A DNA stretch of 64,000 nucleotides from an uncultured Armatimonadia bacterium (GCA_963749155.1 CAVVLO010000002.1:1088001-1152000); one strand, 5' to 3'. Counted from the first letter of the stretch, positions 21,885-33,575 are shown. Program-made: numbers and translations. Notes: generated from the letters alone by a model not told the origin.

Positions 21885-22866
21885 ATGAAAGTCGGCGAAG
21901 CCATAGAGAGCTTTCTGCAGTATCTGGAGCAGGCCAAAGGCGCCTCGTCCAACACGGTGCGCAGCTATGCGGCTGACCTGGCGCAGTTTGCCGAGCAGGT
22001 CGGCCCGGACCGAGACCTGGCCGAGGTAGAGGTAGCGGTGCTGCGCAAGTTCGTTGCCTGGCTCAGGCGCGAAGGCAAGCAGGATACTACTATGGCCCGC
22101 AAGATGTCCGCCGTGCGCAGTCTGATGGACTTCGCCCTGCGTCGCGGGGCGCTTGAAAGCAACCCGGCCCGCAGCCTCAGCACCCCTCTTAAACGCAAAC
22201 GTCTGCCGAAGTTTCTCTATACCGCCCAACTTGAGGCCCTACTGGCCGCTCCTGATGCCAATACGGCACTCGGACTGCGAGATAGAGCCCTGCTCGAGCT
22301 GCTTTACGCCACTGGCCTCAGAGTTTCGGAACTCTGTTCACTGGAAATAGGGCAACTTGATTTCGATTACGGCAGTCTCAAAGTAGTCGGGAAACGCAAC
22401 AAGGAGCGCGCTGTTTTCTTTGGCAAGCAAGCTGCCAGGGCCCTGGAAGAGTATCTCCAAAAGGGCAGGCCGATACTTGCGCGAGCCTCGGGCAAGCTGG
22501 AAGCGCCCAAAGCGCTGTTTCTTAACAGGAGTGGCACACCCCTTAGCTCGCGTAGCGTGGCCAGGGCACTCGAAAAGTATTGCTTGCAAGTGGGCCTTGA
22601 GGCGGGCATCAGCCCCCATACTCTGAGACACACTTTCGCAACTCATCTGCTGGAGCACGGCGCCAATCTGAGGGCTATCCAGACACTTGCTTGGGCATGA
22701 AAATCTTAGCACTACCGAAATTTATACTCATGTAACTACTCGCCAGATGCTGGCCCAGTATAAACTGGCGCACCCACTGGCGGAGGAGGACGCGGCCGAT
22801 GAGCTCAAACAGAGGCGAGATGGGTCCGATGTTGGGCACGACGATCCTGGCGGTAAGGCGAGATGA
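21885..22866 (+). CDS. xerC: Tyrosine recombinase XerC/CodV (apparent +1 frameshift near 22690)
   Basis: RDRALLELLYATGLRVSEL, SPHTLRHTFATHLL; after the shift LGHENLSTTEIYTHV restores the catalytic His/Tyr; trmFO-xerC-hslVU synteny. Confidence 0.88.
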
Positions 22867-23356
22867 CAAACTGGTCTTTGCCGGAGATGGCCAGGTCACT
22901 TTCAACAACACTATCCTGAAGGCTACCGCGCGCAAAGTGCAGCGGATGTATCACGGCCAGGTACTGGGCGGATTCGCCGGTTCGGTCGCGGACAGCCTGA
23001 CCTTGTTCGAGCGATTCGAGCGCAGGCTGGAAGAAACCAGCGGCAACCTGGCGAAAGCCGCTTATGAGCTTGCTCGCGACTGGCGCGGCGACAAGCTGCT
23101 ACGCCGCCTGGAAGCGATGTTGATGGTAGGCAACAAGCAAGACTTGCTGCTGCTGTCGGGTAATGGCGAAGTCATTCGGCCAGATGAGGAGATCGCCTCA
23201 ATAGGGTCAGGTTCGCCGGAGGCGCTTTCGGCCGCCAAGGCGCTGCTTCGCCATTCTGATCTGGACGCCGAAGCCATCGTCCGGGCCGCTATGGAAGTGG
23301 CCGCCGAGCTTTGCATCTATACCAATACCAACATCACCGTAGAGGTGCTTGACTAG
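22799..23356 (+). CDS. hslV: ATP-dependent protease peptidase subunit HslV (start could also be 22820 or 22829)
   Basis: GTTILAVRR, AGDGQVT, GFAGSVAD, IGSG, CIYTN. Confidence 0.95.
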   Translation: MSSNRGEMGPMLGTTILAVRRDDKLVFAGDGQVTFNNTILKATARKVQRMYHGQVLGGFAGSVADSLTLFERFERRLEETSGNLAKAAYELARDWRGDKLLRRLEAMLMVGNKQDLLLLSGNGEVIRPDEEIASIGSGSPEALSAAKALLRHSDLDAEAIVRAAMEVAAELCIYTNTNITVEVLD

Positions 23357-24787
23357 ATGGGCCAGCCAGAAAAACCAAATCTTACTCCGCGCCAGATAGT
23401 GGAGGAGCTAGACCGGTATATCGTGGGGCAGGATCCCGCCAAGCGAGCCGTCGCAATCGCGATGCGCAACCGCTACCGCCGCCGACAGCTTTCCGAAGAG
23501 CTGCGCGCCGAGGTCAGCCCAAAAAATATTCTTATGATTGGGCCAACGGGCGTCGGCAAGACCGAGATAGCCAGACGCCTGGCAGCGATGGCCAATGCGC
23601 CTTTTCTGAAAGTCGAGGCGACGAAATACACCGAGGTTGGTTATGTCGGCCGGGACGTCGAGTCTATGGTGCGCGACCTGATGGAAGCCTCAATCCGCCT
23701 GGTCGAGCAGCGCAAGCTGGTCGAGGTGGAGGACCGAGCCGCCATACTTGCCGAGGAAAGACTGCTTGAGCTGCTGCAACCGTCTCCCAAGCGCACTCCA
23801 GAGGGAGCTGGCTTCCTGTCAGGCTTGTTCGGAGGAGGCCCACCCCAGGCCGCAGAGGGTCAGCCCCCTGCCGATGAGGGCCACTTCCAGGAACAGGAAG
23901 AACGGGTCCAGCGCATTCGCGAGCAATTGCGCGGCAAGCTGGAGGCCGGGCAGCTTGAAGACCACGAGGTAGAGATCGAGATCGAAGCGGGCTCCTCTCC
24001 AATGATAGAGATCTTCTCACCCCATGGCAGCGAGCAGATGGGCGTCGATATGCAGGATCTGTTCGGTTCGATGATGCCCAAGCGCACGCGCAAGCGCCGC
24101 GTCACAATCGCCGAAGCCAGGGAACTCCTCAAACGGCAGGAAGCAGAAAAACTGATAGACCGAGACGCGGTCATCCGGGAAGCCCTGGATTCAGCCGAAA
24201 ACGATGGGATTATTTTCCTCGATGAGCTGGACAAAGTGGCAGGGCGAGAGGGCGTTCAGGGGCCAGACGTTTCGCGAGAGGGCGTCCAGAGAGACATCCT
24301 GCCGATAGTTGAGGGTTCTACTGTCAACACGAAGTATGGCCCGGTCAATACTCAGCATGTGCTTTTCATCGCGGCGGGAGCTTTCAATGTCAGCAAGCCA
24401 AGTGATCTCATTCCCGAGCTTCAAGGGCGTTTCCCGATCCGGGTAGAGCTTGCCAGCCTGTCAGCCGACGACTTCAAACGCATCCTGACCGAGCCGGAGA
24501 ACTCTCTGGTGCGCCAGTATACCGAGTTGCTCGCAACCGAAGGGCTCGAGGTGCTCTTTGGAGAAGACGCCGTCGAAGAGCTTGCTCAGGTTGCCCAGAA
24601 GGTTAACGACCAGACCGAGAATATCGGCGCAAGGCGCCTGCACACGGTAATTGAAAAACTGCTCGAAGAAGCGTCTTTTTATGCGCCCGAACTGTCCGGT
24701 CAGCAGCTTGTTGTAGACAGAGCCTTCGTTAAGCAACGTCTGGCTGATCTGGCCGAAAACGCTGATCTCAGTCGGTACATCTTGTAG
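23357..24787 (+). CDS. hslU: ATP-dependent protease ATPase subunit HslU
   Basis: [55 protein letters not shown]. Confidence 0.96.
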   Translation: MGQPEKPNLTPRQIVEELDRYIVGQDPAKRAVAIAMRNRYRRRQLSEELRAEVSPKNILMIGPTGVGKTEIARRLAAMANAPFLKVEATKYTEVGYVGRDVESMVRDLMEASIRLVEQRKLVEVEDRAAILAEERLLELLQPSPKRTPEGAGFLSGLFGGGPPQAAEGQPPADEGHFQEQEERVQRIREQLRGKLEAGQLEDHEVEIEIEAGSSPMIEIFSPHGSEQMGVDMQDLFGSMMPKRTRKRRVTIAEARELLKRQEAEKLIDRDAVIREALDSAENDGIIFLDELDKVAGREGVQGPDVSREGVQRDILPIVEGSTVNTKYGPVNTQHVLFIAAGAFNVSKPSDLIPELQGRFPIRVELASLSADDFKRILTEPENSLVRQYTELLATEGLEVLFGEDAVEELAQVAQKVNDQTENIGARRLHTVIEKLLEEASFYAPELSGQQLVVDRAFVKQRLADLAENADLSRYIL

Positions 24788-24812
24788 CTCCAAGCTTCGG
24801 GGGGAGAGGGTT

Positions 24813-27800
24813 ATGAAGACCATCGTTTGGCTGGTCTTGCTCCTGGGTTTGCTTTTTAGCAGTCTGGTGGGGGCGACATCTTTGGAGAAGCCCTGGATAA
24901 CCGACACCTTCTTCTACTGGTATGGCTGGGATTATGAAGCCCAAAAGGGCAGTTGGATTGGCGGCGTGTATTGGACCCCCTTGAACGGCTACTATGATTC
25001 GGCCACCTACAAGGATAACTACGACCGGCTGAAGCTGGCCGCCGATTGGGGCGTCACTGGCCATTTTATGGATTACTGGGCGCCCAACTGGCTCGACCGC
25101 GAGGGCAAGCCTCGCGAGGGCTTGCTTATGCGCGCCAGCGAGCAACTTTCTAGTGAAGGCTACGATGTCTTTATGTCCTATTATCAGGACGGCGAAGACT
25201 TCGACCAGAAAGATTTCGCGCGCAATATGGATCCGGGCCGAGATGTCTATCTGATGCTCGAAAGGTCTGCTTCCTCCCCCGTCTATCCCAAACTCGAAGG
25301 CAAGCCCTTCCACGTCGTATATGCGCGTAACGGGGTGCCGGCGCTTACCACAGACAACGAAGGCTTCCGCAGTTGGGCGCTTGCGCGATACCACGACCTG
25401 GCCGGCCTTAACGAGGCCTGGGGGACCAGTTTCAGTGAGCCGAACGAGATAAAACTGGATTTTGGATCCGGCGTCTGGCGCGCCGACAGCATCAGGTTCC
25501 AGATTGCCGAATGGAAACGGCAGTGGGCTGAGCTGGATGACCGCATCAAGCAGCGGTTCGGCTTCGAGGGACTCTACTCGGCCCAGGATGTCGGGTATGC
25601 GCCCTTCCGTGGATTTCGGCTACACGCCGCTTTTCGAAGCGCTTGCAGGCCCGCAGTCTTATGGGGGGATATTCGGGCAGCCCCACGACCAGGATGAGGA
25701 CCGGCTGAATCCAGTCGCTGGTGTCGAAATACTATCCAACCCCTTTCTTCGACTGTTGGAAGAACAATTACTGCGACTGGGAGATACGTCTCCAGGGAGT
25801 TAATTACCGCCCTGATCCCTTCATCTTCGATCGTTTCTTCGTGGGCGACCTGCTGCGTTATAACGAAGCGATGCTTCATATGTCTTTCAACGAGTGGTGG
25901 GAAGGCTCGCCCCTCGAGCCGACCCAGGAGAATGGTAAAAAGTTTCTCGAGAAGACACTGCAGTATTCGACGTTGATGCAGCTTTGGTTCTCGGCGCTCA
26001 AGCACCCGATGCAAGAAGCCGAGGTAGCAGTAATCCTTTCGGACTGGAGCTATATGGTCGGTGCTATCGGGCAGGCGGAGCAGAAGGCCTTGCTACAGGA
26101 GCTACGCCGGCTGAACGTGCCTTTCCGTCTGATACCGGACACTTTGTTCAAGCCCGAGCTTCTTGAAGGCTGTAAAGTGGTAATCGCCCCGACTTGTGGG
26201 GCAGACCTTGGGCAAAACTTCGAAGGCAAGGCCATCGGGCCTGAGCTGACCGCCTGGGTGAAAGCCGCGCCCGACCGGCGCCTGGTGGCTTCGCGCAGCG
26301 CTTTCCTCTCAAAGCAACTAGGCGCGCGTCTCCTTGGAGGGGCTACAGTGGCTGCTGGGCCAGACCAGCATTTCGTGCTGGATGTCGGCGCAGCAGGCGA
26401 TGAGCGTTATCTGCTTTCGGGCTACAGCGGGCCTGAGACCTGGGGCTGGATTGAAGAAGACCCAAGTGTGCGCTGGACGCCGGCTGTCAGCCCAACCACG
26501 AAGGTATTGATTCCAGTCAGTCCAGGTCGCGACCAGGAGGTCCGGGTTTTGGGCTCGGCGACCTGGGCCAACACCCTCGAGCTGTCCTTCGAAGGCCAGC
26601 CCGTGGGCAGTTTTGTTATTCAAACCGGTCTGGTGGATGTGCGGGCAGAACTGCCAGCCAACCTGGTTGGGGGACGGACTGCCGGCGCTCTTGAAATCTC
26701 CTGGGCGAAGTCTAACGTGCCCGGCGAGCTGGCCCCTGAGCAGTATCCTAACGAGCAGCGGATATGCAACCTGGGCCTGTCACGTATAGAGGTTGTGACT
26801 AGCGGCACGGGCTTCGATTCGCCCGTCCAGTATGAGGCGCCCCAGACCCGTTTGACTGGCCAACCCGCAGCGAAAGTTATTCGGCTTCAAGCCTGGCAAG
26901 ACGCTCCAGCTTGAGGGTTACGAGGCTCACGACTACATGACTCTGGGCCAGGTACTCGCCACATATGCTCAGGACGGCCTGCCTTATGCAATGGAAAGGG
27001 CCCTTGGCCAGGGAAAAGCGCTTTACACCAACGGGAGCCTGAGCGCCCTGCTGGCTGCCGGCAGCCTGGCGCCAATCCTGGAAAACTGGGCAGGCGTTAA
27101 GGTGCCACGCGAGATAACCGGTGAGGATGTACTTGGCACAGTGCTGCCAGGCCAGGGTTCTGACCTGGTACTCGCTTACAACTACAATGTGTTCACCCGG
27201 CCCAAGGTCGAGTTTGCCCTCCAGGCGAAAACCGGCTTGCCGCTTGCCGAAGTGATGGCAGTCAGCGTGGATGGAGAACGCTACGAAGAGGTGCCGGCAA
27301 AGGTCAGCGAAGGTCGTGTTCGGTTCTCGGACAAGTTTGGATATTTCGGCATCTATGACCTGAGCTATTGCAAAGTGAAGCCGACAACCCCCGCGCTTGC
27401 TTTGTGTCCAGGCGAGCGCGCCAACTGGCTTGTCAAATTGACCAACCTGACCGATACGCCAGTGGAGGGCACAGCCCAACTCATCTCGGTCATCCCGACA
27501 CTCGGGGGCGAGACGTTGCGTTTCAGTCTGGCAGCCAGAGAAAGCCGCACTGTCGAGGTGCCGGTGGCCGCGCGCGCAGATTGCGACTGGGGCTACAAGA
27601 CCGCCGTGCTTAGGCTCACACTGGAAGGTGTGCAGACCGACTTCCTGCGCCGGATAATCATCGAGCAGGCGCCAGAACTCAAGCTCGCAACGCCCAGTGC
27701 TGGACGCCGCCAGTCCGACCTGACCCTCGAAAACGCCGCGTCGCGCTTCTCGCCGCGCTCCTCTGCAGGCGCTGTCGTCGTGCAGGCCCCTGGCGGGAAG

Positions 27801-29942
27801 GCCTCCCTCGGCGAAGTGAAGCCTGGTGAGCAGGCAACTGGCCTACTCAGTGGGCTGGCTCTCGGTCAGACCGATGTCCACAAACTGACGCGAGTTCCTT
27901 TAACAGCCCAGTATTCCACTCGAGGCGAGGCCACGAAAGCTGAATTAGAGGCCTGGGCAGCTTCTCTGCCTGAGGAATATAAAGCGCCTGAAGGCGCACT
28001 GTATCCCCTTGCGGTTGCCAACGCCTCAGACAATTCGCTGGATAACTGGCTTTGCGAGTGGAAACTGACCGCTAAAGAACCCAGGCAACTCTACGTTGTC
28101 GCCGAGTCTGGAGTGCCAGTACCAAGTCAGGTCTGTGAAACGAAAGAAGGCCGGTCGCTCTACTTTATTGCCCAGGCGCCGGCGCGAGGTGTGGCGTATT
28201 ACTTTGTATGCGAGGGCGCGGGGCCGGCAGTTTCAACCGACCTGGTGGCGGAAAAACCTGGCGAGGCTGGGCCCATCGACCTGGCTACCGGGGAACTGGC
28301 CTTCACAGTAGACGGCCTCTGCGGCGGTACGTTGACACAGCTCAAGAGCCGCGCAACCGGGCTGGATTATGCCTCCAGGACTTCAGGTACCTTCGGGGCG
28401 GGTTATGGCGTGTTCGGCCAGTACCAGCCTGATCGGCCACTCGAGCGAACCGAGACTTATGTCCAGGACAAGCTCACCTGGCAACGCGACAAGCCTGCCG
28501 AAGTGCGCCTGGTCGAATCGGGCCCTGTGCGCGCGGTCGTCGAGGTGACCTGGGAAGATGCAGGAGTCGCTGTGAAGCAACGCTACGAGGCTTTCGCTTA
28601 CCAGCCCTGGTTCACAGTGGAAACCGAGCTTGTGCCGAAGCAGCTTCCCGAAGGCGCAGAACTCGTAGCGCAGGATGCCCGTTTTGAGCTGAACAATCTG
28701 ACCAAGACCTTCCCCAACTTCGTGGGCGAGGTCAAGAAAGACACAATTGAGGCGCAGTTCGGCTGGAGGGAAGCCAACTGGGTACCCCCCTTCATCAGCT
28801 TTATGACGCCGCCTGATTATCTGGAGAGCCTCTCGGTCGTGAAGCTCGAGGCCACCGGGCTTAATTTTATCCGGCAGGGCTTCTGGACGGCCAAACGTCC
28901 AGAGCGTGGCCATGCGCGCTGGGCTGAGGCGGAATTCGTTGCTCGCGATTATCTGGGCAGTGGCCTGCCAAAGCGAATCCATCTGAAGACTGCCTGCCTG
29001 CTGCATCAGGGCCACCAACCAGTAGCCGCCGAGTGGTTGCAACAGGTTCAGGAGAATGTTATTCTGCTGCGGCCAGGCAATTGGCGAGCAACTGATGAAC
29101 GCCTGGCACTCCCAGAGGTAGCGCCTGCTCTGGTAAAACCGGCCTGGTGGAGTCCTGAATGGCCTCTGCGCGCCGAAATCAGACAGGGGGGAGAGGCTGG
29201 GCCTTTCCTGGCTATCAAAGCAGCGGTGGATGAGCTGGCTACTCAGCTCGGTAGTAGTGGTCTGGAAGCGAAAGTGGTGTGGCTTGATACTGCAGGCCAC
29301 CTGCTCGGTGCTACCACCGCTTTTCCCCTCGACTACGGCGTTCATGGGCGGTATCTTGCCTCTGCCAGGTCAGATGAACCAGCGTCCACGGCCTGGCTTT
29401 ATCTGCGCCCTTCCAGTCGGCCTCTTGCCCCACCTCGCGCAAGTGGTATTACCGATGGCAGCTTCGCGCTAGGGCAGTGGACCTATGGGGCTGGGACTGG
29501 CCCGAGTGAGGAAGGCAGGACAGACAGTGCTTCGGCCAGGCTGGATACTCGAGGGGCAACCCCTGCCCAGATGGCCTATCCCCTTTTCGACCCGCTGCCC
29601 AACAGCGAATATGAGGTGCGGTTTTGGGCCAGGTCTACTGAAGGAACTGGCATACTTTGGCTTAACTTTTTCGGGGGAGCGCATACTGACTTCGGCCAGC
29701 TTGGAGTTTCCATCGAAGCAGGCCAGCCCTGGAAGCAGTATACTGTGACATCACCCGTGGGCGATTTCCTGCCCGCTGGGTGGCTTGGCGCCTCGGGCGA
29801 AAGGCCTGGACTGCGCTTCTTCGTGCGCGAGGCTGGTCTGCAGTTGCTGGTGGATGATGTGGAAGTGGTTCCGTTCAGAGAGGCTGATCCCTGGGCAAAA
29901 GTGCCCCTGGCTGAACTGGGCGGATTGCAGCGTGTATACTGA
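24813..29942 (+). CDS. Large secreted multidomain glycoside hydrolase-like protein with N-terminal GH99/GH71-like barrel (three apparent +1 frameshifts near 25610, 25710 and 26860-26910)
   Basis: Signal peptide; FFYWYG, GYYDS and SFNEWWEGSPLEP resemble the GH99 SFNEWxEG motif; LNEAWGTSF is GH42-like; SGPVRAVVEV beta-supersandwich-like segment; C-terminal CBM-like segment (PNSEYEVRFWAR...VDDVEV). Confidence 0.65.
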
Positions 29943-30458
29943 GTGACTCAAAGGGAAGGCGCGGAGGCCTTGCTGGGAGATTCTGGGGGTGCAGTTTCAT
30001 TGCCGGATGTAAATGTATTGGTGTTAACGGGAGTTGCCACAAAAGATGCGCAGCTAAGACCAAAAGCCTCTGGCCAGGTCAAGGCCGAGTTCAGTTTTGA
30101 AGTCGCCAGGCCTTTCTTCAGGGCAGATGGCGAAGCCGTATCCGACCTGTTTCTCATTGACGCCTGGGGGCCACTGGGTGAATGGGCCTATGCCAATGTA
30201 AAACAGGGAGTACGTCTATTCATCATTGGCACGTTGAACAAAGAAAGCTACATCACTCGTCACGGCGGGAAAGAGCATCTGACCGTTGTCAAAGCTAAAG
30301 AGATACGTCCTCTCGAACGCGATGCTCTCTCTGAGACACCTCTCGATTTCGGCGAAGTGCGCAAGGATCACTGGCATGAGGACCTGATCGACGCCCAACT
30401 CGAACTGGTGCGTCAATTGGCTTCCGAGGTCACAAGTCCAGCCCTCAGCCTCGAATAA
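29943..30458 (+). CDS. Single-stranded DNA-binding protein-like OB-fold protein
   Basis: VNVLVLTG, FSFEVARPF, DLFLIDAWG, VKQGVRLFIIGTL follow the SSB pattern; lacks the acidic DDIPF tail. Confidence 0.65.
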   Translation: MTQREGAEALLGDSGGAVSLPDVNVLVLTGVATKDAQLRPKASGQVKAEFSFEVARPFFRADGEAVSDLFLIDAWGPLGEWAYANVKQGVRLFIIGTLNKESYITRHGGKEHLTVVKAKEIRPLERDALSETPLDFGEVRKDHWHEDLIDAQLELVRQLASEVTSPALSLE

Positions 30459-30487
30459 GGCTTCCAGCCAAAGCTGGAGTGGAACAA

Positions 30488-30892
30488 ATGAGCGAGCAAG
30501 AACTGAGCTCGGATGGTTGGTGCTTCGCTTGTGGAGACGCCAATCCGGCCGGGCTGCACCTTCATTTCGAGCAGACTGAAGAAGGGTACGAGACTCTCTT
30601 TGAGACTCGTCCCGAGCACACTGGCTATGCCGGCATCGTGCATGGGGGATTGATCGCAACTGTCCTCGATGAGGTAGCCGCAAGGTATACCTGGGTACTC
30701 GGTGATCCGGCCGTGACCGCCAGGATGGAACTGCGATATCGTCAGCCTGTAAAGGTAGGCGAGAAGCTGAATATCAGGTGTCGGCTTACAGGAAGCAAAG
30801 GCCGGCTCACTTTCGCTGAAACCACTGCTCATAACGAGCAAGGAGAACTGGTCGCAGAGGCGAAAGTTACTCTCTCCAGACTCGAGGCTTAG
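30488..30892 (+). CDS. PaaI family (hotdog-fold) thioesterase
   Basis: CFACGDANPAGL, GIVHGGLIATVLDE. Confidence 0.88.
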   Translation: MSEQELSSDGWCFACGDANPAGLHLHFEQTEEGYETLFETRPEHTGYAGIVHGGLIATVLDEVAARYTWVLGDPAVTARMELRYRQPVKVGEKLNIRCRLTGSKGRLTFAETTAHNEQGELVAEAKVTLSRLEA

Positions 30893-30903
30893 GGGGAACC
30901 CCA

Positions 30904-32430
30904 ATGACCTTGCCACGTTTGCTCCAGGAGCAGGCAGTTTTACACGGTGCGAAAACACTGTGGAAGAACAGCGAGCGCTCTGTGACATATGCTGAAGCCG
31001 ACCTACTTACCAACCGGCTGGCCAACTGGTTTCTGGCTCAGGGAATCAAACCTGGCGATCGGATAGCAATCCAGATCCCCAACAGCCCGGAATTCCTGAT
31101 TGCATATTTCGCGGCAGGCAAGGCTGGAGCGATAGCGATGCCCGTTAGCCCCCTGCTGCATCCAGAGGAAGTTGCTTATGTCCTCTCAGATGCGGAAGCA
31201 GTGGCGCTTGTTTCTTATTCGCCTCTGCTCGACAAGGTTCGAGAGGCTAATTGTCTGCCTGACTGCGTGAAGCTGCTGGTTTCAGAAGCTCCCCGAGAAG
31301 GCGCAGCCTTGCTGTCAGAGATACTAAGTCAAACCGGTTTCTCGGCGCCGCCAGTCACTGCCAGTCAGGTAAAACCAGACGATACAGCGGCTTTTATGTA
31401 TACCTCGGGCACGACCGGACGCCCCAAGGCGGCAATGCTGTCTCATGACAATCTGCTCTTCGATGCGAAGTCCGCCGTGGACTTCATACAGATGCGAGAA
31501 GAGGACGTCTTTCTTTGCGTGTTGCCTCTTTTCCACTCTTTTGCGGTCACTGTCTGCAGTATCTGTTCGCTGGTGACTGGGGCAACAGTCTACATAATGC
31601 CAAGTTTCGTGCCCCATGAAGTGCTGGAAGTACTGGCAACCGAGCATGTAAGCGTCTTCCCTGCGGTTCCGGCAATGCTTGGGGCGCTGCTGCAGCGGGA
31701 GGTTGAGCCTGCCATCTTCCAGTCGGTGCGACTAATCGTATCTGGAGGCGCACCGCTGCCGGTCGCAATCTTTGAGGCCTACAAGCAGCGCTTCGGCGTC
31801 GAGATAATTGAGGGTGATGGCCCTACCGAGTGTAGTCCAATCACCTCGGTCAACCCCACCCATGGCGTGAAGAAGCCCGGCAGTATCGGCCTGGCGTTGC
31901 CTGGCACCCAGATGCAGATACGCGATGAGGCAGGCCTCGAGGTGCCCTCTGGGCAAGTTGGCGAGATCGTCGTCCAGGGTCGGCACGTGATGCAGGGCTA
32001 CTGGAATCAACCTGAAGCTACCACCGAGACAATCCGGGATGGGTGGCTCTATACAGGCGATCTGGGCTATGAAGATGAGGAAGGCTATTTCTTCATAGTC
32101 GACAGGAAGAAAGATATGCTTATCACCGCGGGGATGAACGTCTACCCGCGCGAGATAGAAGAAGTGCTTTATCGCCATCCCGCAGTCAAGGAATGCGCCG
32201 TCATCGGGCGTTATGATGAGCAGCGAGGCGAGGTGCCCGTTGCCGTTGTAGCGCTGAAAGAAGGTAGCACCGCGACCGACCGCGAGCTCATCAACCACTG
32301 TCGAGGCAGTCTTGCCCGCTACAAGATTCCCAAAGCGGTCATCTTCATGGACGCCTTGCCGCGGACCACCTCAGGAAAAATCCAAAAACGTCTGCTGACC
32401 AAGGAGCTGGACCTCTCCAAGGGCGACTGA
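30904..32430 (+). CDS. Long-chain-fatty-acid--CoA ligase (AMP-binding family)
   Basis: YTSGTTGRPK, LPLFHSF, GWLYTGDLG, VDRKKDM, NVYPREIEEVL, SGKIQK. Confidence 0.92.
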   Translation: MTLPRLLQEQAVLHGAKTLWKNSERSVTYAEADLLTNRLANWFLAQGIKPGDRIAIQIPNSPEFLIAYFAAGKAGAIAMPVSPLLHPEEVAYVLSDAEAVALVSYSPLLDKVREANCLPDCVKLLVSEAPREGAALLSEILSQTGFSAPPVTASQVKPDDTAAFMYTSGTTGRPKAAMLSHDNLLFDAKSAVDFIQMREEDVFLCVLPLFHSFAVTVCSICSLVTGATVYIMPSFVPHEVLEVLATEHVSVFPAVPAMLGALLQREVEPAIFQSVRLIVSGGAPLPVAIFEAYKQRFGVEIIEGDGPTECSPITSVNPTHGVKKPGSIGLALPGTQMQIRDEAGLEVPSGQVGEIVVQGRHVMQGYWNQPEATTETIRDGWLYTGDLGYEDEEGYFFIVDRKKDMLITAGMNVYPREIEEVLYRHPAVKECAVIGRYDEQRGEVPVAVVALKEGSTATDRELINHCRGSLARYKIPKAVIFMDALPRTTSGKIQKRLLTKELDLSKGD

Positions 32431-32462
32431 TTAGTGCGATATAAAAGTAGGTTAGTATTTCT

Positions 32463-32494
32463 GCTCCCTGTCCGGTTCTCGGGCAGGGAGCTTT
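32463..32494 (+). terminator. Putative terminator hairpin
   Basis: GCTCCCTGTCCG / CGGGCAGGGAGC stem followed by TTT. Confidence 0.55.
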
Positions 32495-32542
32495 CCTTGG
32501 AGGCAGAAGTCAAATAGGAACACGTTGCCAGGAGGATTCCTA

Positions 32543-32806
32543 ATGCGCAAAGAAGACCTCGTGTTGTTGTTCGAACCCGAAGATGATGTCGCCGCGATGA
32601 TACTGCAGAGCATGCTGGAGGAGGCCGGGGTTGCAGTAATGCCTCGCCCTTTCGAGGATAAAGCTCTGGATGGCCTGGTTGAGCTTCAGGAAGGCGGCCT
32701 GTGGGGCCAGCTTTATGTGAACGCCGAACAGCAGGAAGAGGCCAGGCAAGTCCTTCAGGATTTCCTTGATAGCCGGGAGGAGGGCTCGGACGAGGAAGCA
32801 GACTAG
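32543..32806 (+). CDS. DUF2007-like putative signal-transducing protein
   Basis: AGGAGG RBS; AMILQSMLEEAGV...LYVNAEQQEEARQVL pattern. Confidence 0.65.
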   Translation: MRKEDLVLLFEPEDDVAAMILQSMLEEAGVAVMPRPFEDKALDGLVELQEGGLWGQLYVNAEQQEEARQVLQDFLDSREEGSDEEAD

Positions 32807-32928
32807 TCCCCTTGTATCGGCAATTAGACGGAAAGAAAAGCCAGGCAGATACCAGGTCAAGGCAGGCAAAGCAGGCTAGTTTGGCGTAGTTGTGGCATCC
32901 AGCCGCAGGCAATCTCTAGAGAAACTAA

Positions 32929-32994
32929 CCCCAATAAATAGGGGGGGTAGTTCGTTGACCCTCCATATATTGGGTGGTAAACTAAATCTTGACA
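32929..32994 (+). promoter_or_regulatory. nrdR-nrdD promoter overlapped by tandem NrdR boxes
   Basis: Boxes cccCAATAAATAGggg (32929-32944), cctCCATATATTGggt (32960-32975) and aaaCTAAATCTTGaca (32979-32994) versus consensus acaCwAtATaTwGtgt; -35 TTGACC (32955-32960), 17 bp spacer, TGgTAAACT (-10 at 32978-32983). Confidence 0.75.
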
Positions 32995-33016
32995 TCACAC
33001 GCGGGTGGGCTTGCTG

Positions 33017-33529
33017 ATGAAGTGTCCTCGATGTGGCTCTGAGGAAACCCAGGTGAAAGATTCACGACTGACCTCCGCAGGAAAGGTCGTCAGGCGCCGC
33101 CGTTTCTGCTCGCATTGTGAGTTCCGGTTCACCACGCGCGAATACGCTAGCCTGCCCACTATCCTGGTCACCAAACGCAACGACCGCAGAGAACCTTTTG
33201 ACAAACAGAAATTACTTTCAGGTCTGGAAAAAGCTTGCGTCAGGCGGGCAATCAGTCCTGCGGATATGCAAGATTTCGTCGAGCAAGTCGAGGAAGACTT
33301 GATTGAGTCCGGTGTGACAGAGGTCCAAAGCCGCGCTTTGGGCTCCCGAGTCCTCGAATGGCTTGCCCGCAAAGATCCTGTAGCCTTCCTGAGATTCGCC
33401 TCCGTATTCGCGGATTTTGATAGTCCCGATGACTTTGTAAAATGGGTAGAGCATCTGGTGCATGAAGAGGCCGAAGAAAGGGCCCAGACCAGTGACGAAG
33501 GTCAGCTCCCCTTGATGGAAATCCAGTAA
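33017..33529 (+). CDS. nrdR: Transcriptional repressor NrdR
   Basis: MKCPRCG, VKDSR, RRRRFCSHCEFRFTTRE, ATP-cone, VAFLRFASV. Confidence 0.95.
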   Translation: MKCPRCGSEETQVKDSRLTSAGKVVRRRRFCSHCEFRFTTREYASLPTILVTKRNDRREPFDKQKLLSGLEKACVRRAISPADMQDFVEQVEEDLIESGVTEVQSRALGSRVLEWLARKDPVAFLRFASVFADFDSPDDFVKWVEHLVHEEAEERAQTSDEGQLPLMEIQ

Positions 33530-33575
33530 AAGCCTAGTCAGTCGAACCAACTACACCAGGGGGGGTCCAAGTATC

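Noticed and set aside
21885..22866. Tyrosine recombinase as a prophage or ICE integrase
   Set aside because: It lies in the housekeeping trmFO-xerC-hslVU arrangement, with no att repeats, tRNA or mobile cargo nearby
32807..32920. AGGC-rich intergenic stretch upstream of the nrdR promoter
   Set aside because: I could not find a regular repeat period, a convincing hairpin or an ORF
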